Positions 39,715 through 43,803 of a stretch of 43,803 bases of DNA are shown here, in pieces. The notes beneath the pieces are model-generated. The model was not told where the DNA came from. It ran no database searches and saw only the letters and a list, made by a program, of their open reading frames with translations. Position numbers and translations under genes: made by a program. Source of the DNA: Guillardia theta CCMP2712 (taxonomy: Eukaryota; Protista; Cryptophyta); contig NW_005434548.1 of the NCBI RefSeq assembly GCF_000315625.1, positions 153,997-197,799 on the forward strand, written 5' to 3'. Positions within the stretch are counted from its first letter, which is position 1, and each line of letters starts with the position of its first letter.

Positions 39715-39865
39715 TTGTGCCTAAAAGGCACAGCAGTACAAAACCACAAGAAATCAACAAATTCACGTTTACTCAGTGTATTTGTACGTAAAAAATATTC
39801 ACATGTAAATGGCACACAAGAATTCGCTTGAGTGGTAAGAACGAATTCTGTTAATTTTGATTTCA

Positions 39866-40462
39866 CTAGACTATCACGCGACTGCATGGTTCCTCCTTTG
39901 CACTTGGTCTCTCGTAGTCACACCGCACCAACTTGTCATCATTGACGGAGGTTAGTACCAAATCCTCATACAGTCCACGGGATTGGATGGAGGGTGATCC
40001 CGAAGTCATGTCACGATCAGAGGATCTAGAGGAAGTCAGCGAGGTTGATCCTGAGGCCGTCCCTGATGACGAGGTTGCTTCGATGATTCGCTGAGCCCAA
40101 TCCTCGTTAAGCCAGCTCTCCTCGCCAGCGGCTTTCACGTTGGATTCCAAGAGCAAAGACGAGCTGCTCTTATAGTCAATATTCCCAACTCCCAAGCCAA
40201 TTTCATCCCAAAGACTCCTTCTTGCTGAAAGATCAGCATGGAGGGATTGCCTTTTGGCACTTTTTCTTGATCCTCCTGACGAGGTACCGAAACTGAAAGA
40301 CGATCTTGAGAGAGCTGTCCGCTGTTTTGCACTCTTGGGAGACAATGAGATGCTTTGATGATCGAAAGGCTTTGATTTGGCTGATGATTCATGACTCTTG
40401 GTCTCTGTTCCAGATGGCGCAGGGCGTGAGAATGACGGGAAGCATGTGAAGCAGGATGGCAT
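39866..40462 (-). CDS. Hypothetical Ser-rich protein
   Basis: Long open frame starting MPSCFTCFPSFSRP (Cys pair near the N-terminus, possible palmitoylation); no recognisable domain. Confidence 0.5.
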   Translation of the reverse strand: MPSCFTCFPSFSRPAPSGTETKSHESSAKSKPFDHQSISLSPKSAKQRTALSRSSFSFGTSSGGSRKSAKRQSLHADLSARRSLWDEIGLGVGNIDYKSSSSLLLESNVKAAGEESWLNEDWAQRIIEATSSSGTASGSTSLTSSRSSDRDMTSGSPSIQSRGLYEDLVLTSVNDDKLVRCDYERPSAKEEPCSRVIV

Positions 40463-41591
40463 GGTGGATGTAAAAATGCTTCGCAAGGAGGTAACAATAT
40501 AAGGAGCTCAAACCAAATCTTACAATACATTTTAGATATATTAAAATACAGTACCTACCCCCGCTGTTTCTCGGAAGCTCAGTTTGGAAAACATACTCCG
40601 AAAATTGAGAGCTTATATGATAGATTCAAATATTCTTTGTACATTCAACTTTGATTTGAATGAAAAGCTTGAACTTGACCAGAAATCTAAGTCCGAATTA
40701 CCGATTGGCGAGGAGCATATGGATACGGGCAATGTTTTAGATTATAAGACGCGGCTAACTCACCGAAGGCGTACCATTCCGATATTTTATCATTTGTATG
40801 AAACTTTGTACCATATTAGTTTTAAAATCCTCATTTGCTACCATTACATCGGTCTGTATCCGAGACGTTGCGAGTTTAAAACAGAATGTGTAGAAACTCA
40901 AAAACAAACAAATATATTGTACGCAAGTTTCCGATGCATTCCGAAGACCCGAAATGAAAGTATTGTTATCATGATTCAGCCTATTTTTGAAAATTAGTTG
41001 ACAGTGCTATACGAAATTTGAAAACGATTCACGAGTTGTCTTCCGCGAGGCTATGTATATAGTTTTAAGAAGTACCGAAACTTGCATTAGAATTGTTTTA
41101 AATCACTCAAGTTAGGGTTGTAGGTGTTAAAGTAATCAATCAGCATTTTACAAATTCGGGTGTAGTAAAAAGGCAGCGCTCGGAGGAAACAGAGCCGTTT
41201 TGTGATATAGTAGTAGCAGTTGGGTCCGGGCAATTAAAGTTTAGAGTGGCGAAAAGGTTTTGAGCAAAAATCTTCGGGTAGGTTAAGCATATTAAAACGA
41301 GGCCGAAAACAACCGGTCATATTCAAGGCTATACTACCCGTGCGAAACCAACCGTTCCGTTTCACAATCGAAGGACCACCCATCAATTGGATGGAGATTG
41401 AGAAGGTGGTATAAAAGTATAGTATATTCTGACAACATACAAATAGTTATAAACATCCCAATACCTCATACCCAGTACGGTAGTAAAATCAAGGTGCATG
41501 GGTGGGTCCAAAACGGCTAGCAGAGAGGGGTGAAGAAAATAGTCCCACATCCCCTCTTTGACCGGGCCCATCCGGGATGTCCTCTGGGGTG

Positions 41592-41747
41592 TCCTGCCCC
41601 GACAGCCTACTCCGCCCTCCTGCCTGACGGCTATCCTGCCCCCCGGACAGCCTACTCCGCCTCCTGCCTGACGGCCGGCGTAGCATCCTGCCCCGACAGC
41701 CTACTCCGCCTGCTATCCTGCCCCGACAGCCTACTTCGCCTCCTGCC
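41592..41747 (+). repeat. Four imperfect copies of TCCTGCCCCGACAGCCTACTCCGCC (subtelomere-like)
   Basis: Copies at ~41592, 41634, 41686 and 41716, abutting the telomeric tract. Confidence 0.85.
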
Positions 41748-41800
41748 TAGGGTTTAGGGTTTAGGGTTTAGGGTTTAGGGTTTAGGGTTTAGGGTTTAGG
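41748..41800 (+). repeat. Interstitial telomeric repeat (TTTAGGG)n, ~7.5 units
   Basis: TAGGG(TTTAGGG)6TTTAGG, Arabidopsis-type telomere motif. Confidence 0.97.
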
Positions 41801-42166
41801 AGGCGCCGTTATTTTCGGCAGGCGCCGTTATTTTCGGCAGGCGCCGTTATTTTCGGCAGGCGCCGTTATTTTCGGCAGGCGCCGTTGTTTTCGGCAGGCG
41901 CCGTTATTTTCGGCAGGTGCCGTTATTTTCGGCAGGCGCCGTTATTTTCGGCAGGCGCCGTTATTTTCGGCAGTAGGCGCCGTTATTTTCGGCAGGCGCC
42001 GTTATTTTCGGCAGGCGCCGTTATTTTCGGCAGGCGCCGTTATTTTCGGCAGGCGCCGTTATTTTCGGCAGGCGCCGTTGTTTTCGGCAGGCGCCGTTAT
42101 TTTCGGCAGGCGTTGTTATTTTCGGCAGGCGCCGTTATTTTCGGCAGGCGCCGTTATTTTCGGCAG
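41801..42166 (+). repeat. 19-bp tandem satellite x~19
   Basis: Unit AGGCGCCGTTATTTTCGGC with few variants and one 3-nt insertion. Confidence 0.98.
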
Positions 42167-42269
42167 CATGGCTCCTTGTCAGGTGTAGGGGAAGCCGCCA
42201 GGGCGCCAAGGAAGCTGCAAGCGAGAGGTTTGTATACTTCAAATAGCTTTCTAAGTATGGTTCTCCAGT

Positions 42270-43675
42270 ATGATGAAAGTGTGGACTTGTGGATGCCTCT
42301 GTCCTCGAACTTGCGCTGATCTCGTCGAGAGGGTGAAGAGCTTCGCGAAGCGTTATCCGAACAGCAGGACAGCCCAGGCTTGCAAGGCTGTGGAGGGATG
42401 CACCCCCGACGCTATCGCAGAAGCCATCCGCTCGACATGTCAGCAGGCACGACGTGAGCTTCTGCAAGAAGCAATGACTGGATGGAGTGACGCATCCAGA
42501 GAGTGGTTTATGCAGCAGATTGAAGAAGCCAAGAAGGAGAAGGTCGAGACATACACCGCCTCAGCAGGCAACGAGGTGACTTCCTTCATCTCCATGACTC
42601 TCCTGGGCATCTCCTCGGTGTATGTCAACCATCAGTGAAGAGAAGCTGATGAAGAAATTCGAAGAGATCGGACTGATCGTAGACTCAGTGCAAGAGAGTA
42701 AAGCAATCATGTGGAAGGCTCCGTATAGACCCGAGACTCGATAGCGAGTGCTGAGGAGATCCCGGTGACTGTTTCCTTCCTCCGCAATGCCAAGCGGAGA
42801 AGCTCTGGCAGGGAAGAGAGGACTTCGCGGTCGATGGTCGCAAGTTCACAGCTGTACATGTCACAGTGAGCATCGTGCACGATCGATCTTTCCAGATTCG
42901 AGCCAAGAGAGGACCCTGGGGCAAAGGGGGCAGCTTGGCAGAGCTGACCCACCTGCTAACCTTGGGCGGCATGACAACAGCAGAGATAGCTGCCGTCTAT
43001 CGCTATCAGCTGCTGCGCCAGTCCCTTGCAGCGGTCCAACTCCAGCCGCTGGCAGGCATGCTGGTCGCTGGGGCGCCAGGCCAGCAAGTCCACAAAGGCT
43101 TAGGTCAGAAAGGCTTCATCGCTGTAGGGGCCAACGTCATCTGGAGACAGAGGGAGGTGGAGTGGATCGTCTCCTCGAGCTGCCCAGAGGCGAATGATAC
43201 AGCATTTCGAGCTTTCCGAGAGAGCGAAGCGATGGAGGGAGTATGACACCTGACTCTGTTCAGCGAGGACCCGAAGATCAGAGAGGCGCTCGCAGTCGAG
43301 TTGACAGCTGATCGCTTTGTGTCCAGAAATAAGTTGAAGAAGGCATCAAGACTGCAGAAGAAGGCAGGCGGCAAGGACGGCAAGGAGATCAAGATCATCA
43401 TCAAGTCGCCGACGGCGGCATCTGGTCGCTTCACGAGGAAGGAGATGGAGGGGCTGTGCAACGGCGGCAACACGTCCATCGCAAGAGTCAAGAGAGTCTT
43501 GTTGGAGATCGCTAACAGGCTCGAGATCAAAGTTGAAGGCATCGACATGGAGGAGGATTTGAACACCAAGTCCTGGAACGGGTCCTGGCAAGCTATGCAT
43601 CCTCCTCGGCTCCACGGAGGATGCTCGATGCATGATGAAGGAGCTGCCCTTCTATCTCGAAGGCGCAGCAACTAA
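42270..43675 (+). pseudogene. Broken intronless ORF, possibly ORF1/gag-like of a telomere-associated retroelement
   Basis: 42866-43246 and 43301-43675 are in the same frame, separated by one TGA. Upstream pieces join by frameshifts (...MTLLGISSVYVN / SEEKLMKKFEEIGLIVDSVQ, RRM-like). Bounded by telomeric repeats. Confidence 0.5.
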
Positions 43676-43691
43676 GCTCGAAGCAGTCGGC

Positions 43692-43708
43692 TTTAGGGTT
43701 TAGGGTTT
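43692..43708 (+). repeat. Short second telomeric tract (TTTAGGG)2TTT, followed by ATCGCTTTCTT repeats to ~43761
   Basis: Direct reading. Confidence 0.85.
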
Positions 43709-43803
43709 ATCGCTTTCTTACGGACAATGCATCGCTTTCTTGCATCGCTTTCTTACGGACACCCTCAGATGGTCTACCATGCAGTATGAAGACGAGCTCG
43801 TAT

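Noticed and set aside
40547-40565. TA-CAGT start resembling a Tc1/mariner terminus
   Set aside because: No matching inverted terminus found in the window.
41885-42319. 144-aa repetitive ORF (FSAGAVIFGRRRYFRQAPL)n
   Set aside because: Translation of the stop-free 19-bp satellite; no evidence it is coding.

Overview
Eukaryotic nuclear scaffold with two 100-N gaps, from an alga with a complex red-type plastid, most likely a cryptophyte. This is an inference from signal-peptide+Phe bipartite presequences, short introns with degenerate donors and TTTAGGG repeats. Recognisable genes: a PH-domain gene (minus, partial), a plastid-targeted methionyl-tRNA synthetase with microsatellite-filled introns, a LysM/IPT membrane protein, a thylakoid-lumen pentapeptide-repeat protein, a Cys-rich GPI-like surface protein, a SHAQKYF MYB factor, a NEK-like kinase and an MpaB/Lcp-like oxygenase. 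The standout locus is 3.0-12.0 kb, a head-to-head pair of large P-loop GTPase/coiled-coil genes sharing a ~2.45-kb inverted duplication. The duplication is near-identical except for four sharply bounded hypervariable blocks. One copy ends in a CaaX box (GBP-like architecture). The other can be spliced in frame, through four GT-AG introns, to an upstream caspase-fold (C14) domain whose catalytic His/Cys are replaced. Together they form a candidate paired sensor/executor immune system. Also present: a ~40-nt intergenic motif repeated three times, a ~5-kb decayed intronless island with two minisatellites, and a telomere-repeat-bounded cassette holding a 19-bp satellite and a broken ORF. All gene models were read by eye; no searches were run.
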